A stretch of 64,000 nt of DNA, from the NCBI GenBank assembly GCA_040902765.1, contig JBBDWO010000028.1:43946-107945 (forward strand). Direction: 5' to 3'. The translations under genes were made by a program, and so were the position numbers. Of this stretch, positions 28,374-39,855 are shown in pieces (the first letter of the stretch is position 1; every line of letters starts with the position of its first letter). This DNA is from Acidimicrobiia bacterium (GTDB taxonomy: Bacteria > Actinomycetota > Acidimicrobiia > Spongiisociales > UBA11373). The notes below the pieces were generated by a model. The model was not told where the DNA came from. It ran no database searches and saw only the letters and a program-made list of their open reading frames with translations.

Positions 28374-28461
28374 GGTGAAACGCCCATCGGGGTGGGGGAA
28401 TGCGGCACGATAGCAGGCCCGGGAGTGACGGTACAATGCGCCGCCGTCCCTCCGGAGAATC

Positions 28462-30267
28462 GTGCCGGACCGCTCACGCATCCGCAACTTCTGCATCATC
28501 GCGCATATCGACCACGGCAAATCGACCCTCGCCGACCGTCTGCTCGAGCGCACCGGTGCCCTGACCGAGCGCGAGATGCGCGAGCAGGTGCTCGATTCCA
28601 TGGACCTCGAGCGTGAGCGCGGCATCACCATCAAGGCCCAGGCGGTTCGTCTGAACTATCGGCGCCCCGACGGTGACGAGTTCATTCTCAACCTCATCGA
28701 TACCCCCGGTCACGTCGACTTCTCGTACGAGGTGTCGCGCAGCCTGGCGGCCTGCGAAGGGGCGATCCTCCTCGTGGATGCCGCCCAGGGAGTGGAGGCG
28801 CAGACCCTGGCCAACGCCTACCTCGCCATCGAAGGGGGCCTCGAGGTCGTCCCGGTGGTCAACAAGGTGGACCTTCCCGCGGCCGACCCCGACCGGGTCG
28901 CCGCCGAAGTGGCCGGAGTCCTCGGTGTGTCGGTCGACGAGGTGCTGAGGGTGTCGGCGAAGACCGGAGAGGGCGTCGATGAACTCCTCGAGGCCATCGT
29001 CGAACGCTTGCCGGCACCAGCGCCCGCAGAGGTCGACACCCTGCGGGCCCTCGTGTTCGACTCGTACTACGACCCTTACCGGGGGGTGGTCTGCTACCTG
29101 CGGGTGACCGATGGCGTCCTCGCCACCGGGGATCCGCTGCGCTTCATGATCTCGGGCGAAGACCTTCCCGCCGACGAGGTCGGGGTGCTCACCCCCAAGG
29201 CGGTGCCGGTCTCGAGGCTCGGCGAAGGGGAGGTCGGATACGTGATCACCGGCGTCAAGGAGGTCGACCGGATCAGGGTGGGCGACACCGTCACCCGTCG
29301 GGATCGGCCCGCCTCCGCCCCGCTCCCCGGGTATCGCGAGCCCAAGCCGATGGTGTTCAGCGGTCTGTTCCCCACGGACGGCGACGACTTCGAGCGGCTG
29401 CGCGAGGCCCTGGAGAAACTGCGCCTCAACGACGCGGCCCTCGTCTTCGAACCGGAGACCTCGCATGCGCTCGGGTTCGGGTTCCGGTGCGGGTTCCTCG
29501 GACTGCTCCACATGGAGATCGTCCGTGAGCGGCTGGAGCGTGAGTACGACCTGGATCTGGTGGCTACCGCGCCGTCCGTGGCCTACAGCGTGTCGCTCAC
29601 CGATGGCAGGGAGATCGAGATTCGCAGCCCGCAGGATCTTCCCGAGTCCACCCACCGCTCGGGGATTCGAGAGCCGATGCTGCGCGTGATGGTCCTCACG
29701 CCGTCGGAGTACGTCGGTACGGTGATGGAACTGTTGCAAGAGCATCGGGGGACCCTCGGGACCATGCAGTACCTTTCTCCCGAGCGGGTCGAACTCGTCT
29801 ACCGGGTTCCGTTGGCCGAGATCATCTTCGGGTTCTTCGATCAGCTCAAGTCGAGGACGCGCGGGTACGCCTCACTCGACTACGAGCCCGACGGCTACGA
29901 GGTGGCCGACCTGCTCCGGGTGGACATCCTGCTCAACGGGACACCGGTGGATGCCTTCTCGTCGATCGTGCACAGGGACAAGGCGTATGACTACGGCCGT
30001 CGGCTCGTCGAGAGCCTGCGCCAGATCATCCCCAGGCAGATGTTCGACGTCCCCATCCAGGCGGCCGCCGGGTCGAGGATCATCGCCCGCGAGACGGTCA
30101 AGGCGAAGCGTAAGGACGTCATCGCCAAATGCTACGGCGGTGACATCACCCGCAAGCGAAAGCTGCTGGAACGCCAGAAAGAAGGCAAGAAGCGCATGAA
30201 GATGCTCGGGTCCGTCGAGGTGCCCCAGGAGGCGTTCATCGCGGTCCTCCGCGTCGATGCCGACTGA
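28462..30267 (+). CDS. lepA: Elongation factor 4 (LepA)
   Basis: [23 protein letters not shown]1 motif; LepA-specific C-terminal domain; TACAAT -10-like hexamer at 28424-28429. Confidence 0.9.
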   Translation: MPDRSRIRNFCIIAHIDHGKSTLADRLLERTGALTEREMREQVLDSMDLERERGITIKAQAVRLNYRRPDGDEFILNLIDTPGHVDFSYEVSRSLAACEGAILLVDAAQGVEAQTLANAYLAIEGGLEVVPVVNKVDLPAADPDRVAAEVAGVLGVSVDEVLRVSAKTGEGVDELLEAIVERLPAPAPAEVDTLRALVFDSYYDPYRGVVCYLRVTDGVLATGDPLRFMISGEDLPADEVGVLTPKAVPVSRLGEGEVGYVITGVKEVDRIRVGDTVTRRDRPASAPLPGYREPKPMVFSGLFPTDGDDFERLREALEKLRLNDAALVFEPETSHALGFGFRCGFLGLLHMEIVRERLEREYDLDLVATAPSVAYSVSLTDGREIEIRSPQDLPESTHRSGIREPMLRVMVLTPSEYVGTVMELLQEHRGTLGTMQYLSPERVELVYRVPLAEIIFGFFDQLKSRTRGYASLDYEPDGYEVADLLRVDILLNGTPVDAFSSIVHRDKAYDYGRRLVESLRQIIPRQMFDVPIQAAAGSRIIARETVKAKRKDVIAKCYGGDITRKRKLLERQKEGKKRMKMLGSVEVPQEAFIAVLRVDAD

Positions 30268-31429
30268 GGGCACGCCGGCACCGGATTCCCCCGAGGTGGC
30301 AGACGCCGCCGGGGGGTTACTCGGCGCCTACGTGCATCTCCCGTTCTGCCATCGGGTGTGCCCCTACTGCGACTTCGCCGTCACCGAAGGGGCGGAGGCG
30401 GCGGCGGTCGATCGGTACCTGACCGCACTCCTGATGGAGATCGGGGCGGCGCCGCGTCGGGATCCGGTGGACGCACTGTTCATCGGTGGCGGCACGCCGA
30501 GTGCCCTTCCTCCCCGGCGGATCGGCGAGGTCGTCGACGCGGTGCGTGACCGGGTCGGCCTCGCTCACGGGGCCGAGGTCACCGTGGAGGCGAACCCGGA
30601 AGACCTCGACGACGCCCAGATCGAGGGCCTGCGGGCCGCCGGGGCCACCCGGCTCTCCGTGGGTGTGCAGTCGTTCGACGACACCGTGCTGCAGTACCTG
30701 GGCAGGCGACACTCGTCGGCGGAGGCCGAGCGTGCGGTGCTCCTCGCCGTCGAGGCGATGCCGTCGGTCAGCGTGGATCTGATCTTCGGCAGCCCGCCTG
30801 AGGAAGCGTCGGCCTGGCAGCGTTCGGTGGACACCGCGCTCCGTTTGGGCATCGCTCACCTGTCGGCGTACGCGCTCACCGTCGAGCCGGGAACACCGCT
30901 CGGTCGCGAGGTTGCTGGCGGGAGTCCTGGGCCCGACGACGACGTCGGGGCGGACCGCTATGAGGTCGTGCTCGCCCTCACCGACTCCGCCGGCCTCGTC
31001 CGATATGAGACATCGAACTTCGCCGCTCCCGGTCGGGTGTGCCGATACAACCTCATCACCTGGGCGCAGGGCGAGTATCTGGGGTTCGGCAACGGGGCCC
31101 ACCGGCATGTCGATGGTGTTCGGTCCTGGAACCTGCGGGGGGTGGAACGGTACGTGGCGGCGGTGACGGAGGGGCGGAGCGCGGTTGCTGGAGAGGAGCA
31201 TCACACGGGGTGGAGCCGCGAGGTCGAGCGGGTCATGCTGGGGTTGCGGCGAGCGGCTGGCGTCGTGCCCGGGGTGGCTGGCCGGGCGTTGCTCGAGTCG
31301 GAGGCCGGTGCCGCGTTGCTGGAGGCGAAAGTGCTCGCCCGCCGCGACGACCGGATCGCCGTGACGCGGCCCCTCCTGGGCGACGCGGCGGTGCGAGCCC
31401 TCCTGGCACTCGCGCCCCGCGACTGCTAA
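30257..31429 (+). CDS. hemW: Radical SAM heme chaperone HemW (HemN-like coproporphyrinogen oxidase family)
   Basis: C-x3-C-x2-C ([10 protein letters not shown]) radical SAM motif; conserved position downstream of lepA. Confidence 0.8.
   Translation: MPTEGTPAPDSPEVADAAGGLLGAYVHLPFCHRVCPYCDFAVTEGAEAAAVDRYLTALLMEIGAAPRRDPVDALFIGGGTPSALPPRRIGEVVDAVRDRVGLAHGAEVTVEANPEDLDDAQIEGLRAAGATRLSVGVQSFDDTVLQYLGRRHSSAEAERAVLLAVEAMPSVSVDLIFGSPPEEASAWQRSVDTALRLGIAHLSAYALTVEPGTPLGREVAGGSPGPDDDVGADRYEVVLALTDSAGLVRYETSNFAAPGRVCRYNLITWAQGEYLGFGNGAHRHVDGVRSWNLRGVERYVAAVTEGRSAVAGEEHHTGWSREVERVMLGLRRAAGVVPGVAGRALLESEAGAALLEAKVLARRDDRIAVTRPLLGDAAVRALLALAPRDC
31403..31429. promoter_or_regulatory. CIRCE-like operator (cTGGCACTC-N9-GAcTGCTAA) upstream of hrcA
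   Basis: Two mismatches to TTAGCACTC-N9-GAGTGCTAA; located 24 bp before the hrcA start. Confidence 0.5.
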
Positions 31430-31452
31430 GGCGGAGGCCCCCTCCTGCTACG

Positions 31453-32454
31453 ATGCGCCGCCACATGCTCGATGACCGCAAGGCGACCATCCTGGCTGCC
31501 CTGGTCGAGGACTACATCGACACCGGGGCTCCCGTTTCGTCGCACACCGTGCTGGAGCGTTCCGGCCTCGAGTGTTCCAGCGCCACCGTCCGCAACGACC
31601 TGGTCGTGCTGGAGTCCGACGGTTACGTCGCGCAACCGCACACGTCGGCAGGGCGAGTGCCCACGGAGCGGGGCTACCGCTATTACGTCGACCACCTATC
31701 GCCGGGTCGGCTCCGTGGCGCAACCCAGTCGCAGATCGAGTCGTTCTTCTCGACGGTCCAGGCCGAGCTCGGTCGCATCCTTCGGGAAACGAGCGACCTG
31801 CTCTCCGACATCACCCGGTACCCCGCCATCGTCCTCGGCCCCGGGCTGCGGGGACTCCATCTGCGCGACCTGCATCTCCTCGGCGTCGAGCCCGGGACGG
31901 CGCTGTTGATCCTGGTCACCGACACGGGACGAGTTCACCAGGCCGTCCTCAAGGGTGGAATCGCCTGCACGCCCTCCGAGCTGGCGTCGGTCGAGGAGCT
32001 GCTGCGCGATCACCTCGTCGGCGGTCCCATCGCCGACGATCCACCGGCGCCGGAGACGGACGGCCTTCCTGCCCCTGCCGTCGGGCTGGTCACGGATGCG
32101 ATGTCGGCCCTGGCAGCGGCGGCGGCCGGGGGCCGCGACATCTACGTGGGTGGGACCAGCCGCATGGTCGAGTTGTGGGCGGACCTGGCGAAGCTTCACG
32201 GCATCCTCTCCCTGGTGGATCGAGAGGCGGCCGTGGCGCTGCTGCTCGACGACCAGGAGGAAGGGACGACGGTCCGCATCGGTCCCGAGACCGGTGTCGC
32301 CCAGGACGATCTGGCAGTCGTCTCGACGCCCTACGCGGTGGAGGGCAGCAAGAGCCGTATCGGCGTCCTCGGGCCGCTCCGCATGGACTACCGCCGGACG
32401 ATTCGGGTGGTCGAGGAAGTGTCGGAGGCGCTCGGCGAGACGCTGAGCGGTTGA
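31453..32454 (+). CDS. hrcA: Heat-inducible transcription repressor HrcA
   Basis: N-terminal winged helix (DDRKATILAALVEDYIDTGAPVSS); full HrcA architecture; the 5' part of ORF 31039.. is spurious. Confidence 0.85.
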   Translation: MRRHMLDDRKATILAALVEDYIDTGAPVSSHTVLERSGLECSSATVRNDLVVLESDGYVAQPHTSAGRVPTERGYRYYVDHLSPGRLRGATQSQIESFFSTVQAELGRILRETSDLLSDITRYPAIVLGPGLRGLHLRDLHLLGVEPGTALLILVTDTGRVHQAVLKGGIACTPSELASVEELLRDHLVGGPIADDPPAPETDGLPAPAVGLVTDAMSALAAAAAGGRDIYVGGTSRMVELWADLAKLHGILSLVDREAAVALLLDDQEEGTTVRIGPETGVAQDDLAVVSTPYAVEGSKSRIGVLGPLRMDYRRTIRVVEEVSEALGETLSG

Positions 32455-32459
32455 TCCCG

Positions 32460-33536
32460 ATGAGCGACTACTACACGACCCTGGGGGTACCGCGCGACGC
32501 TTCCGAGCAGGACATCAAGCGTGCCTTTCGTCGCATCGCCCGCGAGAGTCATCCGGACGCCAATCCCGGCGAGAGCGCGGCAGCCGAGCGCTTCCGTGAG
32601 GCGGCGGAGGCATACGAGGTGTTGTCGGACCCGCAACGGAGAGCTGCCTACGACCGCGGCGACGCCATCGACTTCGGCACTCTGTTCTCGTCGTTCGCCG
32701 GAGTCGAGGATCTCCTACAGCGGTTCTTCGGCGGTGGTTTCGGCACCACCGGCGGCGGTGAGCGTCGGCCGAGAGGCGCCGACCTGGTGGCGTCGGTCTC
32801 GGTGAGCCTCGCCGAGGTCGCCACCGGAACGGAGCGCACCGTCAAGTTCGCGGCCGCCGTCGGCTGTGAGAGCTGCGGGGGAAGTGGCGGCGCTCCCGGG
32901 TCGGAGCCGCTGCGGTGTGAGCGCTGCGGGGGTTCGGGGAGGCTCAGGGTGGCCAGCCAGACGCTGTTCGGCGCGGCGATGTCGGTCGCCGCCTGCGACC
33001 GATGCAACGGCCGCGGCTCGGTGGTCACCGATCCGTGCGTCACCTGCCGGGGTCGGGCGTGGGTCGATGGGGAGCGCACCGTAGCCGTCGAGATCCCTCC
33101 TGGCATCGGCGACCGAGATCGCCTCCGGGTCAGCGGCTCGGGCCACGCAGGGGGCCCGGGAGAGGGACCTGGAGACTTGTACGTCGACGTCCGGGTCGAA
33201 CCCGACGAGCGATTCGAACGGCATGGCGCCGACCTCGTCCATCGGGTGTCGATCGGTATCGCCGAGGCTGCGCTCGGAACGACACTGCAGGTGCCCCTCG
33301 TCGACCGAGACGCGCCTGAGGAGGTCGACGTCGCTGCGGGGACGCAGTCGGGAACGGTGCTTCGCCTCTCACGCAAGGGTCTTCCACGGCTCGGATCCCG
33401 GGGTTCCGGAGACCTGCTCGTCGAGGTCACCGTGAGCGTTCCAGCGGCGCTGACCGCCGAGCAGGAGAAGGCGCTGCGGGTGTTCGCCGACGCCACGGGG
33501 GAGCAGCCGAAACCGCCCAAGCGTCGCCGCCGCTAG
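32460..33536 (+). CDS. dnaJ: Chaperone DnaJ (DnaJ2 type, downstream of hrcA)
   Basis: J-domain with HPD (ESHPDANPG); four CxxCxGxG zinc-finger repeats; C-terminal domains. Confidence 0.85.
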   Translation: MSDYYTTLGVPRDASEQDIKRAFRRIARESHPDANPGESAAAERFREAAEAYEVLSDPQRRAAYDRGDAIDFGTLFSSFAGVEDLLQRFFGGGFGTTGGGERRPRGADLVASVSVSLAEVATGTERTVKFAAAVGCESCGGSGGAPGSEPLRCERCGGSGRLRVASQTLFGAAMSVAACDRCNGRGSVVTDPCVTCRGRAWVDGERTVAVEIPPGIGDRDRLRVSGSGHAGGPGEGPGDLYVDVRVEPDERFERHGADLVHRVSIGIAEAALGTTLQVPLVDRDAPEEVDVAAGTQSGTVLRLSRKGLPRLGSRGSGDLLVEVTVSVPAALTAEQEKALRVFADATGEQPKPPKRRRR

Positions 33537-33628
33537 TCCCCCCAAGGTCCCGACAGGGACGATGAATGCCTGTGTACTCAGAGCGTTCATGTGATAGGCT
33601 CTGAGTGTTCGTTTCCTGTGGAGGGGCC

Positions 33629-34108
33629 GTGGCGAACGCTGATTTCAATGAAACGACCGGCGCTCGGCTGCGCATCATCAGGCGCCAGCGCGGGCTGTCG
33701 CTGCAAGACGTACAGCGGCTCTCGGGTGGCGAGTTCAAGGCCGCCGTGCTCGGCGCCTACGAACGCGGCGAGCGGAGCCTCTCGGTGCCGCGGCTCCATC
33801 GGCTGGCGCAGTTCTTCCAGGTCCCCGTGGGGCGCTTCTTCCCTGCCGAGGACGGCTCCGGCCGGGACGCGGCCACGATGTCCAACGCCGGAGTCAACAT
33901 CGACCTGAACCGGGTCGAACGCACGTCGGGGACCGAGTCGGTCATCGTCCAGCGGTTCCTCACTTCGATCCAGCGCATGCGTCAGGACTTCAGCGGCAGC
34001 GTCCTCACCATCCGTCGCGACGACCTGCGGCTACTCGCGTTGCTCATCGAGCACAGCGAAGAGGCGTTCGCCGAGCGGATGGAAGAACTCGGCCTCGCCG
34101 CCGACTGA
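33629..34108 (+). CDS. XRE-family HTH domain protein
   Basis: HTH region LRIIRRQRGLSLQDVQRLSGGEFKAAVLGAYERGER; GTG start after RBS GGAGGGG. Confidence 0.55.
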   Translation: MANADFNETTGARLRIIRRQRGLSLQDVQRLSGGEFKAAVLGAYERGERSLSVPRLHRLAQFFQVPVGRFFPAEDGSGRDAATMSNAGVNIDLNRVERTSGTESVIVQRFLTSIQRMRQDFSGSVLTIRRDDLRLLALLIEHSEEAFAERMEELGLAAD

Positions 34109-34162
34109 TCCGCTTCGCCGACGGTCGCAGGACAGCGGCCCGTACCAGGTAACCTCATCCAC

Positions 34163-35140
34163 GTGACGCAGGCCTCCCTCAACGAGGTGACGCTGCGCCT
34201 TCCGAGCGACCACCACACGCTGGCTCTGCTCGGTGAGCGCGACGCCCACATCCGTCTCATCGAAGAGGCGTTCCCCGACGCGCGCATCGTGGCCCGCGGA
34301 GACGAGGTGCGGCTCTCGGGAACCGAGGTCGGGGTGCGCGATGCGCGCATCGTGATCGAGGAGCTGATCGCGCTGGTGACGGCTGGCCATGCGCTCGACG
34401 AGGACGGGGTGCGGCGCGCCATCCACCTCGTCGTCGCCGATGCGGCTCGTCCCACTGACGTCTTCGGGGACGGAGTCGCCGTGGGCCGGGGGAAGGTGAT
34501 CCGCCCGAAGACGCTCAATCAGAAACACTACGTGGACGCGATTCGACGCAACACGATGGTGTTCGGCATTGGTCCCGCCGGTACCGGTAAGACGTATCTG
34601 GGCATGGCGCTCGCCGTGGCCGCCCTGCAGGCCGGCTCGGTCAACCGGTTGGTGCTGACCCGGCCCGCCGTCGAGGCGGGGGAGCGTCTCGGTTTCCTGC
34701 CCGGCGACATGGCGGCCAAGGTCGATCCGTACCTGCGGCCGCTCTACGACGCCCTGTACGAGATGCTCGGTCCCGAGGAGACCCACCGGCTCATGGACCG
34801 CGGAACCATCGAGGTCGCCCCGCTGGCATACATGCGCGGCCGCACCATCAACGACGCCTTCATCGTGCTCGACGAGGCGCAGAACACCTCTCCCGAGCAG
34901 ATGAAGATGTTCCTCACCCGACTCGGCTTCAACTCGCAGATGGTGATCACCGGCGACGTCACCCAGGTGGACCTGCCCGCCGGCAAGGCATCGGGTCTCC
35001 GCCAGGTTCGCGACATCCTCGCCGACATCCCGGAGGTCGCCTTCGTGACCCTGACTGCCGACGACGTGGTGAGGAATCGGATCGTCGCCACGATCGTCGA
35101 GGCGTATCGGCGACACGAAGAGCAACCCGGAGAGCGATGA
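34163..35140 (+). CDS. phoH: PhoH-like ATPase (KH plus PhoH)
   Basis: Walker [17 protein letters not shown] and PhoH core; first gene of the conserved phoH-ybeY-era cluster. Confidence 0.85.
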   Translation: MTQASLNEVTLRLPSDHHTLALLGERDAHIRLIEEAFPDARIVARGDEVRLSGTEVGVRDARIVIEELIALVTAGHALDEDGVRRAIHLVVADAARPTDVFGDGVAVGRGKVIRPKTLNQKHYVDAIRRNTMVFGIGPAGTGKTYLGMALAVAALQAGSVNRLVLTRPAVEAGERLGFLPGDMAAKVDPYLRPLYDALYEMLGPEETHRLMDRGTIEVAPLAYMRGRTINDAFIVLDEAQNTSPEQMKMFLTRLGFNSQMVITGDVTQVDLPAGKASGLRQVRDILADIPEVAFVTLTADDVVRNRIVATIVEAYRRHEEQPGER

Positions 35141-37356
35141 GGATCCAGACGCGGCTCTCCGGAGCCGCCAAGTTCGGCATCCTGGTCATGGCGGTGGTGT
35201 TCACCGCCCTCGGCCTGACCATCGGCCGGGAAACGACCCCCGACGTGCCGGTGCTGCGCATCGGCGAACCGGCGCCACAGACGTTCGTGGCCACCCGCAT
35301 GGTCACCGTCATCGACGAGGAGGAGACCGCCCGACAGCGTCAGGCCGCCGCGGCGGCGGTCGCCGACATCTACTCCTTCAACGAGGAGGCCACGCAGCTC
35401 GCCCTCAGCGACATCAGCCGGTTCTTCAACGAGGCGCGGCGGGTGGCTCGGTTGCCGGTCGAAGAGGAAGATCCGGGGGACGACGAGGAGCCCACCGACA
35501 CCACTCAACCCGCGGAGGACACCGGCGACGAGGAGACGACGACCACGGCGGCACCCGAACCGCCGCCCCGGAGCGAACAGGCTGCCGAGCTCCGAGCCCT
35601 CTACGTCCTTATCCGCGAGGAGACCATCGACACCATCGTCGGCATCGTCAACGACGACCCGGCTCGGGAAGCAGCTGGCGACGAGGCCGTCCTGCCGATC
35701 ATCCGCCAGTACACGATCAACACGGCGCAGGATCTACTCACCGAGGGCATCACCGTCGTGGAGTTGAACGACTCGCGCGCCGCCATCGTCAACAACCCGC
35801 CCCTGTTGCCGCTGGTACCGGACGACCTCCACGAGACCGCTCGCCCTGCGGTCGCCGATCTGGTCGCCAACTTCCTCAGGGCCAACGAAGAGCTCGACAC
35901 CGAGGCGACCCGGGAGGCACGGGAAGCCGCCGCAGCCGCGGTGCCCGATGCCGAGGTCGAGTACCAACCGGGGCGCGTGGTCGTCCGGGTGGGCGACCTG
36001 GTGCAGCCGGTGCACCTGGCTGCGATCCAGGAGTTGGGCCTGCTGGTGCCTCCCGAAGTGTCGGAGGGACTGCGGGCCACGAGCGTTATCGCCGCCATCG
36101 TGGTGCTCCTGGGGGCCGTCTTCCTGGCACGGGTCGCCGGGGAGTACTGGCGTCACCCCCGTCTCATCGGGTTGTTCTCGCTCCTCATCGTGCTCGCCGC
36201 GGTCGCCAGCCGGGTTCCCGCTTTGGTCGCCCGAGACCGCATCGAGCTCGGCTTCTTGCTACCCGCCGCGCTGTTCGGCTACCTGGCGGCCAACCTGTTC
36301 GACACGCGGGTCGCTGCCTTCATGGCGGTGCCGGTGAGTGCGTTCACCGGCCTGGTCACGGCCGATCTCGCCCTCACCGTGTTCGCCGGGCTCGCCACGC
36401 TCGCACCGATCCCTCTGGTGTCGGCGGTGGCGTCGCGTTCCCAGCTCAACATGGCCGTCGTGTTCTCGGCGGCCATGCAGGTGCCCATGGCGGCGGCCCT
36501 GGCCTGGAGGTTCTATGGCGAGGATGCGATATGGCTGTCGGTGGTCTGGGGATTCATCGGGGGAATCGTCGCCGGTGTGGTCGCTCTCGGAATCCTTCCC
36601 GTGCTCGCCACCGTGTTCGCCATCACCACCACCCAAACCCTCCTCGATCTCACCGACCGCAACCATCCCGCCCTGCGGCGGATCGAGGAGGCGGCGCCGG
36701 GCACCTTCAACCACTCGATCCTGGTCGGGAGTCTGGCCGATCGGGCTGCTCGCGCCATCGGCGCCAACCCGCTCCTGGCGAGGGCGATGGCCTACTACCA
36801 CGACCTCGGCAAGACCGAGCAGCCGCGGTTCTTCGTTGAGAACCAGTTCGGGGTCACCAATCCCCACGATCGGCTACCCCCGATCGAATCGGCCAGGATC
36901 ATCCGTCGTCATGTGTCGGATGGCCTCAAGCTGGCCCGCGAGTATCGGATTCCGGCGGACGTCGCCCAGGGCATCCTCACCCACCACGGCACCAGCCTGA
37001 TGCGGTACTTCTATCACAAGGCCCGCGACGTGGACGGGGATCAGATCAATCCCGCCGACTTCCGTCACCGGGGTCGCAAACCGAAGACCAAAGAGATGGT
37101 GATCGTCATGCTCGCCGACGCCACCGAGGCCGCGGCTCGCTCTCTGGCCCAGGAGGAGGACCCGACATCCGAGGGCATCCGGCGCAAGGTCGAGTCGATC
37201 ATCACCGAGAAGGTGGAGGACGGTCAGCTCGAGGAGTCCGACGTCACCTTCGGCGAGCTGACGAGGGTCAAGGAGGCGTTCGTCGACGCCCTCATCAGCC
37301 ACTATCACACGCGCATCCCGTATCCGGGCTTCCCGGGAGCCCCCCAACCGGCATGA
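35137..37356 (+). CDS. 7TM receptor with intracellular HD hydrolase (PgpH/YqfF-like, HDIG)
   Basis: N-terminal extracellular region, 7 TM helices and a C-terminal HD domain (HSILVGSLAD...YYHDLGK); ATGA overlap with phoH. Confidence 0.8.
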   Translation: MRIQTRLSGAAKFGILVMAVVFTALGLTIGRETTPDVPVLRIGEPAPQTFVATRMVTVIDEEETARQRQAAAAAVADIYSFNEEATQLALSDISRFFNEARRVARLPVEEEDPGDDEEPTDTTQPAEDTGDEETTTTAAPEPPPRSEQAAELRALYVLIREETIDTIVGIVNDDPAREAAGDEAVLPIIRQYTINTAQDLLTEGITVVELNDSRAAIVNNPPLLPLVPDDLHETARPAVADLVANFLRANEELDTEATREAREAAAAAVPDAEVEYQPGRVVVRVGDLVQPVHLAAIQELGLLVPPEVSEGLRATSVIAAIVVLLGAVFLARVAGEYWRHPRLIGLFSLLIVLAAVASRVPALVARDRIELGFLLPAALFGYLAANLFDTRVAAFMAVPVSAFTGLVTADLALTVFAGLATLAPIPLVSAVASRSQLNMAVVFSAAMQVPMAAALAWRFYGEDAIWLSVVWGFIGGIVAGVVALGILPVLATVFAITTTQTLLDLTDRNHPALRRIEEAAPGTFNHSILVGSLADRAARAIGANPLLARAMAYYHDLGKTEQPRFFVENQFGVTNPHDRLPPIESARIIRRHVSDGLKLAREYRIPADVAQGILTHHGTSLMRYFYHKARDVDGDQINPADFRHRGRKPKTKEMVIVMLADATEAAARSLAQEEDPTSEGIRRKVESIITEKVEDGQLEESDVTFGELTRVKEAFVDALISHYHTRIPYPGFPGAPQPA

Positions 37357-37817
37357 GCGTGTTCTTCAGCGATGAGCAGACGATGCCGGTCGATGGGGAC
37401 TCGCTTCTTCGGTTCGCCGATGTGGTCACCGCGGCCGAGGGGTACCCGGCGAACACCGAGTTGTCGGTACTCCTCGTGGACGAAACGCAGATGAGCGAGT
37501 ACAACCAGCATCACATGGGCCGCAGCGGCGCCACCGACGTACTCGCCTTCCCACTGGAGGACCTCATCCCGGGGTCCCCGCCGAAGTGGCTGCCCGGTGA
37601 TCCGCCGGTGGCGCTCGGGGACGTCTTCCTGTGCCCACCCGAAGTGGAGCGACGCGCTCGTGCACAGAACATCCCGTTCGACGACTTTCTGCACCTGCTC
37701 CTCGCCCACGGCATCCTTCACTTGATGGGCTACGACCACGAGTCGGACGAGGATGCCGATCGGATGGAGCGGCGCGAGGACGAGCTGCTCGGCAGCATCG
37801 GCAGGTCGGTATCGTGA
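37353..37817 (+). CDS. ybeY: Endoribonuclease YbeY
   Basis: HLLLAHGILHLMGYDH metal-binding motif. Confidence 0.85.
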   Translation: MSVFFSDEQTMPVDGDSLLRFADVVTAAEGYPANTELSVLLVDETQMSEYNQHHMGRSGATDVLAFPLEDLIPGSPPKWLPGDPPVALGDVFLCPPEVERRARAQNIPFDDFLHLLLAHGILHLMGYDHESDEDADRMERREDELLGSIGRSVS

Positions 37818-38986
37818 GCGAGACCGCCTTCGCTCTCGGTGTCGTCGTCGCCGTCACCGCGGCCGTCCTGCGCTTCGCCGGGTCCTCGCTGCTCCACACC
37901 CCGCGGGCCGACGCCCTGCGTGACGCCGCCGACGGTGACCGTGGTGCCGCCCGGGTCGCCGAAATGCTCGAGCGTCCGCCGTTGATACTGCAGCCATCGA
38001 TCGGAGCGGTGCACTCGGCCCTGCTCGTGACGGCGGCGATACCGCTGACCTGGGCGGTGACAACCGTGGCGTCGGGGGCGGCCCTCGCCGGCGCGTTCCT
38101 CGGACTCGGCGCCTTCCTCGTCGCTTTCGGCGATGTGATACCGCGGTCGCTCGGCCGTCGACGCCCCGGCAGGCCCGCCTATCGCACCTGGTGGCTCACC
38201 ATGCCCGCTGCCGCGGTGGGGAGACTCGCCGCTGACCTCCTCGTAGCCGATGACGGAGAGGAACCCTCGTCCGAGAGTCCGGAAGACCAGGAGAGCGAGG
38301 AGATCGAGCTGATCGAGTCGGTTCTCGACTTCGGCGACGCCATCGTCCGTGAGGTGATGGTGCCGCGGTCCGACATGATCACCGTCTCCACCACCGACGA
38401 CACCGACCGGGCACTCGACGTCGTCCTGGAGTACGGCCGATCGCGCGTTCCGATCCTCGGCAACGGGGTGGACGATGTGGTCGGGATCCTGTTCGCCCGC
38501 GACCTGCTCACCCTCATGGATGCCGGTACCGGCCCGCGTCCCGTCACGGAGATCATGCGCCAGCCGTCCTTCGTCCCTGAGACGAAACGGGTCTCCGAAC
38601 TGCTTCGTGAGATGCAGGCGGCCAAGAACCATCTGTGCATCGTGATCGACGAGTTCGGCAGCACCGCAGGATTGGTGACCTTCGAGGACCTCGTCGAGGA
38701 GATCGTGGGCGAGATCGTCGACGAGTACGACGAGGAGGCGCCGATGGTGGAGGCGCTGAGCGATGGAACCTATGCCGTCGATGCGCGCCTCTCGGTCGAC
38801 GAGCTATCCGACGCGATCGGTCATCCCATCCCCACCGGCGACTGGGACACCGTCGGCGGCCTGGTCCTCGCCCTGGCCGGCCGGGTACCCGAGGAGGGGG
38901 AGTCATTCGACGTCAAGGGCCTGACCCTCACCGTCGACGGGATGCAGGGACGGCGGGTGTCGAGGGTGCGGATCGCTCCCTCGTGA
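37814..38986 (+). CDS. CorC/HlyC-family protein (DUF21 plus CBS pair plus CorC_HlyC)
   Basis: TM DUF21 N-terminus, two CBS motifs and a CorC C-terminal domain; GTGA overlap with ybeY. Confidence 0.8.
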   Translation: MSETAFALGVVVAVTAAVLRFAGSSLLHTPRADALRDAADGDRGAARVAEMLERPPLILQPSIGAVHSALLVTAAIPLTWAVTTVASGAALAGAFLGLGAFLVAFGDVIPRSLGRRRPGRPAYRTWWLTMPAAAVGRLAADLLVADDGEEPSSESPEDQESEEIELIESVLDFGDAIVREVMVPRSDMITVSTTDDTDRALDVVLEYGRSRVPILGNGVDDVVGILFARDLLTLMDAGTGPRPVTEIMRQPSFVPETKRVSELLREMQAAKNHLCIVIDEFGSTAGLVTFEDLVEEIVGEIVDEYDEEAPMVEALSDGTYAVDARLSVDELSDAIGHPIPTGDWDTVGGLVLALAGRVPEEGESFDVKGLTLTVDGMQGRRVSRVRIAPS

Positions 38987-39855
38987 GATCCGGATTCGTG
39001 CCGGTCGTGGGGAGGCCGAACGTCGGCAAGTCGACCCTCATCAACACCATCGTGGGCACCAAGGTGTCGATCACCTCGGATCGGCCGCAGACGACGCGAG
39101 CCGCCATCCGCGGCATCCTCGATCGAGAAGACCTGCAGATCGTGTTCGTCGACACGCCGGGCTTCCACCGTCCCCGGACCGCCCTCGGGTCCCGGCTCAA
39201 CAGCATCGTGACCGGGTCCCTGGCCGACGCCGACGCCGTGGTATTCGTCATCGACGGGACCGGTTCGGTGGGACCCGGCGATCGACTCATCGCAGAGCGA
39301 CTCCGGCACACGGGTACGCCGGTGGTGTGCGTGGTCAACAAGACCGATGCCGCCGGCCCCGCCAGGACCCTGGAGCGACTCGCCGAGGCGGCAGAGTGGG
39401 ACTTCGCCGCCTATGTGCCGGTGAGCGGGCTCACCGGTGAGCAGGTAGAGGCGGTCGTTGAGGAACTGGCTCAGCTGCTCCCCGAGGGGCCGCGCTACTT
39501 CCCGACGGGCATGCCCACCGACCAGCGCGACGAGTTCCTCATCTCCGAGGCCATCCGGGAGAAGTTCCTGTCGAGACTGCGTGACGAGCTTCCGCACTCT
39601 CTCGCCGTCGTGGTCGATGACCTGGAGCACCGTGATGACGGGTTGCTCGCGGTCTCCGCCAGGGTGGTGGTGGAGCGGGACAGTCAGAAGGGCATCGTCA
39701 TCGGCAAGGGTGCCGGGCTGCTCCGGGACGCCGGTACCGAGGCTCGGGTCGAGCTCGAGGCGAAGCTGGGACGCCCGGTTCACCTCGATCTGAAGGTGGT
39801 GGTCGAGAAGGACTGGCAGGAGCGCCCCGGGATCATCGAGCGCCTGGGCCTGTGA
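38983..39855 (+). CDS. era: GTPase Era
   Basis: GRPNVGKSTL G1 motif, DTPG G3 motif, C-terminal KH domain; GTGA overlap with the upstream gene. Confidence 0.85.
   Translation: MRSGFVPVVGRPNVGKSTLINTIVGTKVSITSDRPQTTRAAIRGILDREDLQIVFVDTPGFHRPRTALGSRLNSIVTGSLADADAVVFVIDGTGSVGPGDRLIAERLRHTGTPVVCVVNKTDAAGPARTLERLAEAAEWDFAAYVPVSGLTGEQVEAVVEELAQLLPEGPRYFPTGMPTDQRDEFLISEAIREKFLSRLRDELPHSLAVVVDDLEHRDDGLLAVSARVVVERDSQKGIVIGKGAGLLRDAGTEARVELEAKLGRPVHLDLKVVVEKDWQERPGIIERLGL

Noticed and set aside
31039-31452. N-terminal extensions of the hrcA and dnaJ ORFs (31039.., 31572..)
   Set aside because: The extensions overlap hemW and hrcA and are Arg/Gly-rich nonsense. The true starts are at 31453 and 32460.
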